Shown here: positions 27,112 to 36,652 of the stretch, piece by piece
Numbering within the stretch: the first letter of the stretch is position 1
Layout: each line of letters starts with the position of its first letter
Assembly: GCA_017435465.1 (NCBI GenBank)
Contig: JAFSEX010000005.1
Location: forward strand, 134,793 to 198,792
Length of the DNA: 64,000 bases
Source: Bacilli bacterium
Lineage (GTDB): Bacteria > Bacillota_I > Bacilli_A > RF39 > UBA660
Reading direction: 5' to 3'
Position numbers and translations under genes: made by a program
The notes under the pieces: generated by a model
What the model saw: the letters and a program-made list of their open reading frames with translations, nothing else
Databases searched by the model: none
Told to the model about the DNA's origin: nothing

Positions 27112-29289
27112 GTGATGAAAATGAGTAAAAGTGGAATAACAAAATTTGAAGATTTAGAGATAAAAATTAGAAAATATATCACAAATGAAGAAGAAATTTC
27201 TAAAATTAAAAAAGCTTATGAATACGCAAAGGATGCACATTTAGGAATGTTAAGAAAAAGTGGCGAGCCATATATCCAACATCCTTTAAATGTTGCTTAT
27301 ATCTTAACTAGGGTATATGCTGATACACCTACATTATGTGCCGCATTACTTCATGATACAGTAGAAGATACAGATACTACATTAGAAGATATTACAAAAT
27401 TATTTGACAGTGAAGTTTCACTTCTTGTAAATGGAGTAACTAAGATAAATAAATTGAACTTTTCAACAACTAATGAAGCAATTATCGCAAATCAAAGAAA
27501 AATATTTGTGGGGCTATCTGAAGATGTTAGAGTTATAATTTTAAAACTTGCAGATAGATTACATAATATGAGAACACTATGGGCATTATCCGAAGAAAAA
27601 CAAAAAGAAAACGCTCGTGAAACTCTAGAAATTTTAACACCTATCGCGCATAGACTTGGTATTCATAAATTAAAAAGTGAATTAGAAGATTTATCTTTAA
27701 GATATTTAAAACCAGATGCATTCTATTCAATAGTGGAAAATTTAAATCAAACTAAATTAGAACGTGATCAAACTGTTCAAGATATGTTAAAAGATGTATC
27801 AGATTTACTTAATGAGCATGATATTAAACATGAAATTAAGGGTAGAGCAAAATCAATTTATAGTATTTATAATAAATTAGATAAAGGAAGAAACTTTAAT
27901 GATATATTTGATTTACTTGCTTTAAGAATTTTAGTTGATACAGAACAAGAATGTTATGTCGCACTAGGTTTAATACATTCAAAATATAGACCAATTCCTA
28001 AAAGGTTTAAAGATTATATTGCTAGACCTAAAACAAATATGTATCAATCATTACATACAACTGTATTTGGAATAGATGGATTCTTATTTGAAATTCAAAT
28101 TAGAACACATGATATGAATCAAATTGCAGAATATGGTATCGCTTCACACTGGTCGTATAAAGAACATAGTGATGCAAGTAAAAGTATGCAAAATGATATG
28201 GAACAAAAATTACAATTCTTCAGAAATATAATTGAATTACAAGAAGAAAATACGAGCGCAGAAGAATTTGTTAATACTGTAAAAAGTGATATCTTAAAAT
28301 CTAGCATATATGTATTTACACCTAAAGGAGATGTTATTGAACTTCCAAAAGGCGCAACTCCAATAGACTTCGCATATAAAGTTCATACTGAAGTAGGAGA
28401 TAAAATGGTAGGGGCAATAGTAAATAATTCAATAGTTCCATTAGATTATGAATTAAAAAGCAATGATATAGTAAAAATCAATACAAATAAAACATCTATT
28501 GGGCCAAATAAAGAATGGATTAATATTGCTAAAACTAATCAAGCTAAAAATAAAATAAAAGCATTTTTCTTTAAAAAAGATAAATTAGAGTATATTGATA
28601 AAGGTAATGAATTATTAAAAAAAGAATTACGTAAGAAAAAATTAGTATTTAATGAAATATTAAGTGAACAGAATTTAGATAAAATACTTAATGAATTTAA
28701 GTTAAAAGATATTGATGATTTATATTTTAATATAGGAACAGGTAAATATAGCGTTGGTCATATAATAAATATTTTAACAGATAATTTTAAACCAAAAGAA
28801 GAATACATGTTAGACAAAGTTGGTAATAAAGAAACTAAAAATATAAATATTAAAAACGACATAATAGTTAGTGGAATAGATGATATAAAAATTAATCTTG
28901 CATCATGTTGTAAACCTGTTAAGAATGATGACATAATTGGTTTTATAACTAAAGGTAATGGTATAAGTATACATCGCAAAAATTGTCACAATATTTTTGA
29001 TTTGGATGAAAGATTAATTGACGTTAGATGGAATGAAAATATAACTAACAAAAAATATCCAACTACAATTACTATACATTCTGAACCTACTAAAAATCCA
29101 CTTTTAGATGTAATTACAAAAGCATCTAATAACAATATAAACATTGAAAATATTAATACTGTTAGTAAATCTGATGTTACTGTTTATGAAGTTACAATTT
29201 TAGTTAGTGATTATGAAAATTTAGATAAATTTATAAATGATTTATATAATTTAATATATATTAAAAAAGTAGAAAGAATTATTAAATAA
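27112..29289 (+). CDS. relA: bifunctional (p)ppGpp synthetase/hydrolase Rel
   Basis: HD hydrolase (HPLNVA..LLHDTVEDT), synthetase (RAKSIYSIYNKL; YQSLHTTV), TGS and ACT-like C-terminus. Confidence 0.9.
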   Translation: MMKMSKSGITKFEDLEIKIRKYITNEEEISKIKKAYEYAKDAHLGMLRKSGEPYIQHPLNVAYILTRVYADTPTLCAALLHDTVEDTDTTLEDITKLFDSEVSLLVNGVTKINKLNFSTTNEAIIANQRKIFVGLSEDVRVIILKLADRLHNMRTLWALSEEKQKENARETLEILTPIAHRLGIHKLKSELEDLSLRYLKPDAFYSIVENLNQTKLERDQTVQDMLKDVSDLLNEHDIKHEIKGRAKSIYSIYNKLDKGRNFNDIFDLLALRILVDTEQECYVALGLIHSKYRPIPKRFKDYIARPKTNMYQSLHTTVFGIDGFLFEIQIRTHDMNQIAEYGIASHWSYKEHSDASKSMQNDMEQKLQFFRNIIELQEENTSAEEFVNTVKSDILKSSIYVFTPKGDVIELPKGATPIDFAYKVHTEVGDKMVGAIVNNSIVPLDYELKSNDIVKINTNKTSIGPNKEWINIAKTNQAKNKIKAFFFKKDKLEYIDKGNELLKKELRKKKLVFNEILSEQNLDKILNEFKLKDIDDLYFNIGTGKYSVGHIINILTDNFKPKEEYMLDKVGNKETKNINIKNDIIVSGIDDIKINLASCCKPVKNDDIIGFITKGNGISIHRKNCHNIFDLDERLIDVRWNENITNKKYPTTITIHSEPTKNPLLDVITKASNNNINIENINTVSKSDVTVYEVTILVSDYENLDKFINDLYNLIYIKKVERIIK

Positions 29290-29744
29290 TGAAAATAGTT
29301 GTACAACGTGTCACTAATTCAAATGTAGTAGTAAATGAAAAAATAGTTGGAAAATGTAATAAAGGATTAATGTTATTAATAGGATTTACACATGATGATA
29401 CATCAAATGATATAGATTATATGGTTAAAAAAGTTTTAAATCTTAGAATCTTTGATGATGAAAAAGGCGTTATGAATAAGAGTATATTAGATGTAAATGG
29501 GAACATACTATCAATATCACAGTTTACATTATACGCAGATACAACCAAAGGTAATAGACCAAGTTATGTAAATGCAGCAAAATCAGAATACGCAACTAAA
29601 TTATATGACGAATTTAATGAGAAATTAAAAGAACACATTAACGTTGAAACAGGAATATTTGGGGCTGAAATGTTTGTAAGCCTAGTAAATGATGGACCAA
29701 TAACAATTATATTAGAAAGCAGGGGTGGTAAAGGTGTTAAATAA
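29289..29744 (+). CDS. dtd: D-aminoacyl-tRNA deacylase
   Basis: MKIVVQRV.., SQFTLYADT.KGNRPS, GPITIILES. Conserved rel-dtd linkage. Confidence 0.9.
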   Translation: MKIVVQRVTNSNVVVNEKIVGKCNKGLMLLIGFTHDDTSNDIDYMVKKVLNLRIFDDEKGVMNKSILDVNGNILSISQFTLYADTTKGNRPSYVNAAKSEYATKLYDEFNEKLKEHINVETGIFGAEMFVSLVNDGPITIILESRGGKGVK

Positions 29745-30783
29745 AAGAATAAATTTTGGATTAGTTAATTTAGTATTAGTTGCTTTATTAGTATTAATAT
29801 GTGTATTAACTAGCAACTTTTGGCTTTGGTGGGCTAAGAAATTATTTGATATTTTAATGCCTTTTGTATTAGCCTTTGCACTTGCTTATATTGCTTATCC
29901 ATTTTTAAAAATGTTAGAAAACAACGGTATACCTAAAGCACTAGCAATAACAATTATTATTATATTATTTCTTGGTTTCATTGGTTTAATAATTTATCTA
30001 TTAATACCACTTGTATATGATCAAATAGTTGGATTAATATCTAATATAATTAGGTTTATTCAATATATATCAACTGAATATGAACTTGATTTACATTATA
30101 TTCAAAGTGGTGTTTCAAATTTAAATAATATTGTTTTAGATTTGGGTAAATTTATTTCTGATAGCGCAATAAATATAATAAATGTATCAATAAGTATTTT
30201 TACAAATTCTATAATTGCTTTTTTCACAGCTATATACTTTTTAGCTGATATGGATAAAATAAGAGAAAAAATAAAAATATTATGTAAAAGAAAAGGGAAA
30301 AAAAGATATTTATATATTAAAAGTTTAGATGATGAAATGAAAAATTACTCAGTAGGATTATCAAAATACATTTTAGTTCAGTTAATTGAGTATACATTAG
30401 TATTTTATTTAATAGGACATCCATATTTCTTAATTCTTGGAATACTTGCATCTTTTACAACAATAATTCCTTATTTTGGAGGAATATTTACAAATATAAT
30501 TGCACTTATAACTGCGCTTGTTGTAAGTCCAAAATTATTTGTTTTAACTCTAATAGTTGCTTTAGTTTTACCTAATATTGATGGATATTTTTGGTCACCT
30601 AGAATTTATGGCAAAACAAATGATATACATCCAGTATTAACTATTTTTGGAGTATTTGCAGGTGGTGCGTTACTTGGTGTAACTGGTATTATTATTGCTT
30701 TACCAGTAACAATTATCTTATCTCAAACATATAAATTTTATAAAGACGATATTGAAAATTTAAAAACTAAAAAAGTTGCTTAA
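29725..30783 (+). CDS. AI-2E family (PerM/UPF0118) transporter
   Basis: 352-aa polytopic protein with the topology and C-terminal G..G.I.ALP pattern typical of the family. Confidence 0.7.
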   Translation: MVKVLNKRINFGLVNLVLVALLVLICVLTSNFWLWWAKKLFDILMPFVLAFALAYIAYPFLKMLENNGIPKALAITIIIILFLGFIGLIIYLLIPLVYDQIVGLISNIIRFIQYISTEYELDLHYIQSGVSNLNNIVLDLGKFISDSAINIINVSISIFTNSIIAFFTAIYFLADMDKIREKIKILCKRKGKKRYLYIKSLDDEMKNYSVGLSKYILVQLIEYTLVFYLIGHPYFLILGILASFTTIIPYFGGIFTNIIALITALVVSPKLFVLTLIVALVLPNIDGYFWSPRIYGKTNDIHPVLTIFGVFAGGALLGVTGIIIALPVTIILSQTYKFYKDDIENLKTKKVA

Positions 30784-30883
30784 AAGGAATACCAGTTTAT
30801 TTTGATATTCCTTTTTTTATATTGTAATTTTGAGTGAATTGGTGTATAATTCTTTTATAATAGATGGATAGTATTGATGGGAG

Positions 30884-33214
30884 TTGGAATGTGTGAAATA
30901 TTTAAAAAATATATTTTTTACAATTGGAATAATATGTCTTTTATTTATACCAAACAAAATTTTTGCAGCAACAATTTTAACATGTGATAAGGAAACACTA
31001 AGTGCATTAGAATCAACAACTTGCAATATATCAATTCAAGGAGCAAATGAAACTTTAACTTCATTTTCAGGAACTGTATCGTTGAGTGGGAATTTAGAAT
31101 TAGTATCTGCAAAAGATGTATGGAATGGAAATACAAATAATGGACAATTTAATTTAACTTCAACAAACGGTGGTTCAAATATAGGAACAATTGTAGTGAA
31201 AGTAAAAGAAGGAATTTCAAATAGTAGTGAAACCATAGCAATTAGAAATATAAATATTAATGGACAAAGTTATACTGATGTTTCAACATCAATTAATGTT
31301 CCATCATTTTCAAATCCAAACTTAAATAGTTTATCTATAGCTGGAGGAACATTATCTCCAACATTTAATGGGAATACAACTAATTATACTGCAAATGTAA
31401 ATACAAGTAGTGTAACAATAAGTGCAACTGCACCAAATAAAGGAAGTGTAAGTGGTATAGGTAGTAAACCCCTAAATTATGGAAAAAATACATTTAAAGT
31501 TGTTTCAACTGCAGAAAATGGTACAACCAAAACATATACAATAACAATTACAAGAAAAGATACTGAAGTTAGGCTAAAATCTTTAGAACCGGTTAATAAC
31601 TTTACAATGGGAACAACATTATATAATGTAACATTACCAAGTACTCAAGATACATATACACTTAATGCAATTCCTATGTCTGAAAGATCAAAAGTAAATA
31701 TTTTACCAAGCGCAACAATTAAACTGATACCTGGTGAAAGAAAAACTATTAGTGTTACAGTAACTTCAGAAAGTGGTAATACCAAAACATATACCGTTAA
31801 TGTTTTTCGTAAAGATGATAAAAATGGAGATACTACATTAAAAAATCTAACATTAAAAGATGTTGACATTAAATTTAAGTCAAATACTTCATCATATAAA
31901 GCAACTGTTGAAAATAATATAGAAGAAATTGAAATTAATGCTGAAGCATCAGATAAAAATGCTAAAATTGAAGGACTAGGTAAGCATAAACTTAATGTTG
32001 GAAGCAATACGATTAGAGTAGTTGTAACTGCCCAAAATGGAAGTGAAAAAACATATACTATTACTGTAGTTAGAAAAGATGAAAAGGGTAATGTAGAGAA
32101 TTTATCAAATAATACAAAAATTAAAAGTATAAAAATTAATAATGAGGATATAAATATTAAGGATAATGTATTTACATATTCATTAAGTGTTGAAAATAAC
32201 ATAAGTATAGTAGATTTAACATATGAACTAGAAGATGAGAAATCATCTGCAACAGTAGAAGGTAATAATGAATTAATTGTAGGAAACAACAAATTTAAAA
32301 TTATAGTAACTGCCGAAGATGGAACTACTAAAACATACGAAATACTAATTGAAAGAAAAGAATTAAATAATACAATTGAAAATAACAAAGAAAGTATTTT
32401 AAATGCTATTAAAGATTCAGAAAGTGATATAATCGTAATTACTGTAAAAAATAATGATGTTAATCGTATAATTGATAAAGAAATTTTAGAAGAATTAAAA
32501 TCCAAAAATAAAACGTTAATATATCAAATATTAAATGAGTACAAAGGCTTAAGTTATTCAATTACGGTAAAAGGTAATGATGTTACTAGTACTACTGATA
32601 ATTTAGATTATGGATTATCATTTAAAAGTAAAAATCAAAACACAATTAATAATTTGTCAAATAATTCTAAATCAATATATTTAAATTTTAATAGTCAAGG
32701 TAAATTACCTGCGTTATCAATATTTAAGATATTTGTAGGAGACAAATTCAAAGATGGTGATAAATTATATTTATATTACTTTAATGAAGAAACAAATAAA
32801 TTAGAATTAGTAAAAAGTAATTTAGAAATTAAAGATAGTTATGTAGAATTTGAAATGAAACATTTCTCAGAATATATTTTAGTTAATTCTTTAATAAATG
32901 AAAATAATACCACTGATTCATCAGATAATTCTCAAAAAATTATTATAATTGGAATTGCATTATTTATAATAATTGGATTAATGATTTTTATTGTTATTAA
33001 AAGTAAGAAAAATAAACTAAAAGAAAAAAATACAGATGTAATAGATAATACCAATATTAATAAGGATATTAAAAATGAAACGAAGGAAGTTTCTTTGAAG
33101 GATGAAATAAAAGTAGAAAAACAAGAAACTAAGGAAGAGATGAGTACAGATAATAAGGGTACTGAAAATACTGAAAAAGAAGAAACTGAAGATATTGAAA
33201 TAATTGATATGTAA
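30884..33214 (+). CDS. cell-surface protein with four cadherin-like beta-sandwich repeats and a C-terminal TM anchor
   Basis: Signal peptide (..LLFIPNKIFAA), four ~85-aa modules each ending ..G(T/S)xKTYT(I/V)x(I/V)xRK, then TM IIIIGIALFIIIGLMIFIVI and a Glu/Lys-rich tail. GTG 30893 is a possible alternative start. Confidence 0.7.
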   Translation: MECVKYLKNIFFTIGIICLLFIPNKIFAATILTCDKETLSALESTTCNISIQGANETLTSFSGTVSLSGNLELVSAKDVWNGNTNNGQFNLTSTNGGSNIGTIVVKVKEGISNSSETIAIRNININGQSYTDVSTSINVPSFSNPNLNSLSIAGGTLSPTFNGNTTNYTANVNTSSVTISATAPNKGSVSGIGSKPLNYGKNTFKVVSTAENGTTKTYTITITRKDTEVRLKSLEPVNNFTMGTTLYNVTLPSTQDTYTLNAIPMSERSKVNILPSATIKLIPGERKTISVTVTSESGNTKTYTVNVFRKDDKNGDTTLKNLTLKDVDIKFKSNTSSYKATVENNIEEIEINAEASDKNAKIEGLGKHKLNVGSNTIRVVVTAQNGSEKTYTITVVRKDEKGNVENLSNNTKIKSIKINNEDINIKDNVFTYSLSVENNISIVDLTYELEDEKSSATVEGNNELIVGNNKFKIIVTAEDGTTKTYEILIERKELNNTIENNKESILNAIKDSESDIIVITVKNNDVNRIIDKEILEELKSKNKTLIYQILNEYKGLSYSITVKGNDVTSTTDNLDYGLSFKSKNQNTINNLSNNSKSIYLNFNSQGKLPALSIFKIFVGDKFKDGDKLYLYYFNEETNKLELVKSNLEIKDSYVEFEMKHFSEYILVNSLINENNTTDSSDNSQKIIIIGIALFIIIGLMIFIVIKSKKNKLKEKNTDVIDNTNINKDIKNETKEVSLKDEIKVEKQETKEEMSTDNKGTENTEKEETEDIEIIDM
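31313..32360 (+). repeat. Four tandem divergent domain repeats (coding)
   Basis: Repeat ends are TKTYTITITRKD, TKTYTVNVFRKD, EKTYTITVVRKD and TKTYEILIERKE. Confidence 0.6.
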
Positions 33215-33245
33215 AAAAGTTGGGCTCTAGATAATCTAGTGTGAG

Positions 33246-33272
33246 GATAACAATAAAAATTGTTATCTTTTT
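33246..33272 (+). terminator. Terminator of the surface-protein gene
   Basis: gataacaat-aaaa-attgttatc followed by ttttt. Confidence 0.7.
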
Positions 33273-33607
33273 GTGTGTGCCGTGCATGGCATATATCTAG
33301 TTGGTGAAAGTCCAATACACGCGTAGGTATCAACCAAGTGTTAGGAAAACACAAGGCATCAGTCGTGAGACTCGGGGCTAAAGGAAGTGTGAAAGGGTAT
33401 CATATCAATAAAAGTAAATTTTATTGAAAATTTACTCTATTCGATTATATAATAAAGTTGAAAAAGTGCATGATATAAATAAATTATTGAGTCTGTATAA
33501 TTATAAAATAATAAAATAGAAGAAAGAAATGAGAAAAAAGGATGTTAAAAATAATATATGTAGAAAGCAAAAACAAAAAGGATAAATATCTGTAAAGATT
33601 CAGGGTT

Positions 33608-33738
33608 AAAAGAATTTGAAGAAGCATCAAAAACAATAGAAAATCGGTAATATATATATATTTAATTCATTTATAGACAAAAGATTTTTAAATAGATATA
33701 TAGAAGGATTAAATAATAAAATAAAGGTAGTAAAAAGA
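33608..33738 (+). pseudogene. ISL3-family transposase C-terminal fragment
   Basis: ..KEFEEASKTIENR* then FNSF....NRYIEGLNNKIKVVKR. Compare the ISL3 C-terminal pattern TNG.(I/L)EG.NNKIK.IKR. Confidence 0.4.
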
Positions 33739-34290
33739 GTTGCAAGAAGAATGAAAATTTTAGGATTAAGAAGTATTATTGTAAGAAAATATAATAATGC
33801 AGGAAAATCAACTATTGATAACATAAAAGAATATCCAATCCATTTAGAACAAGACTTTTTTGCTGATGTACCTAATCAAAAATGGGTTGGCGATATAACT
33901 TATATATACAAAAGAAAAAGGATGGACATATCTAGCGATAGCAATGGATTTATTTGATTTGAAAGTTGTTGGATGGAGTTATGGAATAAATATGACAGAT
34001 GATTTAGTAATAGGTGTATTTAATAGAGCAGCAATAAATCGTGGATTAAAAAAAAAATGGAATATTTCATTCAGATAGAGGAAGCCAGTATACATCAAAT
34101 GATTATGAAAAATTGTTATCCGAATTGAATATTAAATATTCATACAGTAAAAAAGGGTACCCATATCATAATACTAGTATGGAAAGCTTAAATGCCATAT
34201 TAAAAAAAGAAGAAGTAAATGTTAATAATTATGAAACATTTAAAGAAGCAAAATTAGCAATATTTGAATTTAAAGTAGAAATCAATAAGC
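33739..34290 (+). pseudogene. IS3-family transposase (OrfB, DDE/rve) fragment, frameshifted
   Basis: VARRMKILGLRS..PNQKWVGDITYI (D), ..HSDRGSQYTSNDY (D), ..YHNTSMESLNAILKKE (E) are spread over three frames. It lacks OrfA and the N-terminus. Confidence 0.7.
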
Positions 34291-34476
34291 CACTATAATT
34301 ATTATGGTGTAAGAGATAATAGCTATTCATTGAATAACTATTATAGTTGTATAATATATCTTTCATATAAATGGTTAAACAGAAGAAGTCAAAGAAATAG
34401 TTATTCAACTAAAAACTTTATATTTATGGTTAAAACAAACAGTTTACCAACACCTAAAATAATGGTTAATATTTGA
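34291..34476 (+). pseudogene. C-terminal remnant of a group II intron reverse transcriptase/maturase
   Basis: HYNYYGV.DN..SL....Y...YKWLNRRSQRNSYS..NF......SLPTPKIMVNI* matches the recurrent ..NYYG....N......KWLNRRSQ(K/R)......F.....PLP.P.I C-terminus of bacterial intron-encoded proteins. Confidence 0.55.
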
Positions 34477-34505
34477 TACTAGATGAATAAATACTATATT
34501 ATGAA

Positions 34506-34539
34506 AAGCCGTATGAAAGAAAGTCTCACGTATGGATTT
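34506..34539 (+). ncRNA. Group II intron domain V-like hairpin
   Basis: AAGCCGUAUGAAAGAAAGUCUCACGUAUGGAUUU versus the canonical GAGCCGUAU....GAAA....ACGUACGGUUC. The AGC triad and AC bulge are present. Two positions in the 3' arm are weakened. Confidence 0.5.
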
Positions 34540-34589
34540 GGAAGGGTTGCATAGGGTAACTTATGTTTCTATTTGATAATTAAAAATAA

Positions 34590-34798
34590 ATAGACTAGAT
34601 ATAAAAGATATTGGGTAATTAGAATTTTATGTAAAATATTATGATACAGAAATAAAGAAAGATTTCTATAATACAACAATAGGTATAATAATTTGCAAGA
34701 AAAATGATTCCAATATTTCAAAATATAATAACTCTAACATTTTTGTTTCTAGATATGAATTAATTAATAATGGTAAATATGCTTGTTTAAAAATCTAA
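34590..34798 (+). pseudogene. C-terminal fragment of a YhcG/DUF1016 PDDEXK nuclease gene
   Basis: ..LDIKDIG*(frameshift)LEFYVKYYDTEIKKDFYNTTIGIIICKKN...NIFVSRYEL aligns with ..DLKIGKITHQDIGQMQMYVNYYNREIKSNDENSTIGILLCTNN..NIFASEYKL of 57934-58956. Confidence 0.55.
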
Positions 34799-34828
34799 AA
34801 TGAAGTAGAATAAAAATAGGGTGGTGCA

Positions 34829-35722
34829 ATGGAAAAATATTTGGAAGATTTTAAAAAATATATTGAATTTCAAAGAGGATATTCAACAAATACCATTATA
34901 AACTATGAAAATGATATAAAAGAATTTTTAGAATTTTTAAATAAAGAAAATATTGATAATATTAAAAATGCAAATTATTCATTAGTAAGGTTTTATTTAA
35001 TGGATTTGTATGATAAAAAATTTTCAAGAAATTCTGTTTCAAGAAAACTTAGTTCATTAAGAAGTTTTTTTAAATATTTGCACAAAGAAAATATAGTTGA
35101 GGCTAATCCTTTCTCATTAGTTTCTTCACCAAAAAAAGAAAAAAAATTACCAAAATTTTTATATAATGATGATATAGAAAAAGTATTTGATGTTCCAAAT
35201 CTTAATTCATCATTAGGTCAAAGAGATATGCTAATCTTAGAAATACTATATGATACAGGAATAAGAGTTAGTGAACTTGTTAATATTAAATTAAAAGATA
35301 TAGATTTTGACAATAAAAGTATACGAATACTTGGAAAAGGAAATAAAGAAAGAATAGTTTTATATGGAAGTTATGCTGAAGACATTTTAAATGAATATAT
35401 GAAAGATGGAAGAAAAAGAATTTTAAAAGAAAAAAATAATGAATATTTAATCTTGAATGCTAAAGGTGAAAATATTACAAGTAGAGGAGTAAGATTGATT
35501 TTAGATAATATAATAAAAAAAGCTTGTTTAAAAGTACATATTTCACCACATACACTAAGACATACTTTTGCAACACATTTACTTGAAAATGGCGCAGATT
35601 TATTAACGGTAAAAGAACTTCTTGGACATTCGTCATTGTCATCAACAGGTATATACACACATGTAACAAATGAAAGGCTTAGAAATGTTTATCTGCATTC
35701 ACATCCAAGGGCTAGAAAATAG
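34829..35722 (+). CDS. xerC: tyrosine recombinase XerC/XerD family
   Basis: SAM-like N-domain, catalytic R..(HTLRHTFATHLL)..GHSSLSSTGIYTHV pattern, 297 aa. Confidence 0.8.
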   Translation: MEKYLEDFKKYIEFQRGYSTNTIINYENDIKEFLEFLNKENIDNIKNANYSLVRFYLMDLYDKKFSRNSVSRKLSSLRSFFKYLHKENIVEANPFSLVSSPKKEKKLPKFLYNDDIEKVFDVPNLNSSLGQRDMLILEILYDTGIRVSELVNIKLKDIDFDNKSIRILGKGNKERIVLYGSYAEDILNEYMKDGRKRILKEKNNEYLILNAKGENITSRGVRLILDNIIKKACLKVHISPHTLRHTFATHLLENGADLLTVKELLGHSSLSSTGIYTHVTNERLRNVYLHSHPRARK

Positions 35723-35760
35723 ATAAGTTTTATGATATATTTATAATAGGAGATGATAAA

Positions 35761-35976
35761 ATGGATAGTTTAAAAAGAAATGGATTAAATGTTAATTCAA
35801 GTCCAATACAACCAAGAAATACTACGCTTGGAGCTGCCAATAATGTATTACGTCCAAACATGCAAAAATTAAAGACTACTCAAGGAATGGTTAAAGACAA
35901 TAGAGAAACAAGAGTTAATAATATTACGAAAGGAATTGGAAGTTTTAATTCGGGGTGGATTAATAAGAATAAATAA
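35761..35976 (+). CDS. small hypothetical protein
   Basis: 71 aa. Good RBS (aggaga) and a 2-nt gap to tdk. Confidence 0.45.
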   Translation: MDSLKRNGLNVNSSPIQPRNTTLGAANNVLRPNMQKLKTTQGMVKDNRETRVNNITKGIGSFNSGWINKNK

Positions 35977-35978
35977 TT

Positions 35979-36554
35979 ATGGCAAAATTATATTTTAAAT
36001 ATGGAGCAATGAATTCTGGAAAAACAACAGTTTTAATTCAAACAGCTTATAATTATGAAAGTCAAGGAATGAAAGTAATAGTTATAAAACCAAGCAAAGA
36101 TATTAAAGGTGAAGAAAAAATTATATCAAGAGTAGGACTTTCAAGAAAAGTAGATTATCTAATTAAAGATGGAGATAATATATATGAATTAATCAATAAT
36201 AAACACAAAGACATAGCTTGTTTGTTAGTTGATGAAGTTCAATTCTTAGAAGAAAAGCAAATAGATGAATTACTAATGATTTCATCCCTTTTAAATATTC
36301 CAGTTATATGTTATGGTCTTAGAACAGATTTTAGAATGGAAGGTTTTAGAGGGAGTCCAAGATTACTTTTAATCGCAGATAAAATAGAAGAAATAAAAAC
36401 TATCTGCAAATGTGGTAAAAAAGCAACCATAAATGTAAGAAAAGTAAATAATGAGTATGTATTTGAAGGAGACCAAATCGCTATTGATGGATTTTGTGAT
36501 GTTAAATACGAAAGCATGTGTCCTACGTGCTCTTATAAAATAAGAAAAATATAA
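35979..36554 (+). CDS. tdk: thymidine kinase
   Basis: GAMNSGKTT P-loop, VDEVQFL, C-terminal zinc ribbon C.CG....C..C. Confidence 0.9.
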   Translation: MAKLYFKYGAMNSGKTTVLIQTAYNYESQGMKVIVIKPSKDIKGEEKIISRVGLSRKVDYLIKDGDNIYELINNKHKDIACLLVDEVQFLEEKQIDELLMISSLLNIPVICYGLRTDFRMEGFRGSPRLLLIADKIEEIKTICKCGKKATINVRKVNNEYVFEGDQIAIDGFCDVKYESMCPTCSYKIRKI

Positions 36555-36652
36555 AAAAGTGTGTTAAAAACTATAAAACTACATAAAAATTCTTGTGTAG
36601 TTTTCTTTATTTTGTTATGATAAATGTGTACATTAAAAGGAGGAATAATGTT

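Larger units (their letters stand above)
33273..34572 (+). mobile_element. Degenerate group II intron (5' GUGUG, domain V/VI, IEP C-terminus) with its ORF region replaced by IS debris
   Basis: Starts gtgtgtgccgtgcatgg directly after the terminator T-run. A D5-like element lies at 34506-34539 and a maturase-type C-terminal remnant at 34291-34476. The 3' boundary is approximate. Confidence 0.55.

Noticed and set aside
31645-32505. 286-aa minus-strand ORF
   Set aside because: It is antisense to the repeat region of the surface-protein gene. The low-complexity Ser/Leu/Ile/Phe translation is typical of the reverse frame of AT-rich coding DNA.
33296-33335. ggtgaaagtcc motif reminiscent of the cobalamin-riboswitch core
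   Set aside because: The other conserved B12-box elements are absent. The segment sits between a GUGUG 5' end and a D5/D6-like 3' end, so it is more plausibly group II intron domain I.
33751-34298. Track ORFs 33751-33957 and 34113-34298 as intact small genes
   Set aside because: They are consecutive out-of-frame pieces of one IS3-family OrfB (DDE) coding sequence, so I annotated them as a pseudogene.
36593-36652. Upstream extension of ppdK (MCSFLYFVMINVYIKRRNNV)
   Set aside because: It overlaps the tdk terminator region. The canonical PPDK N-terminus MTKFVYSF.. starts at ATG 36653, right after aaaaggagg.
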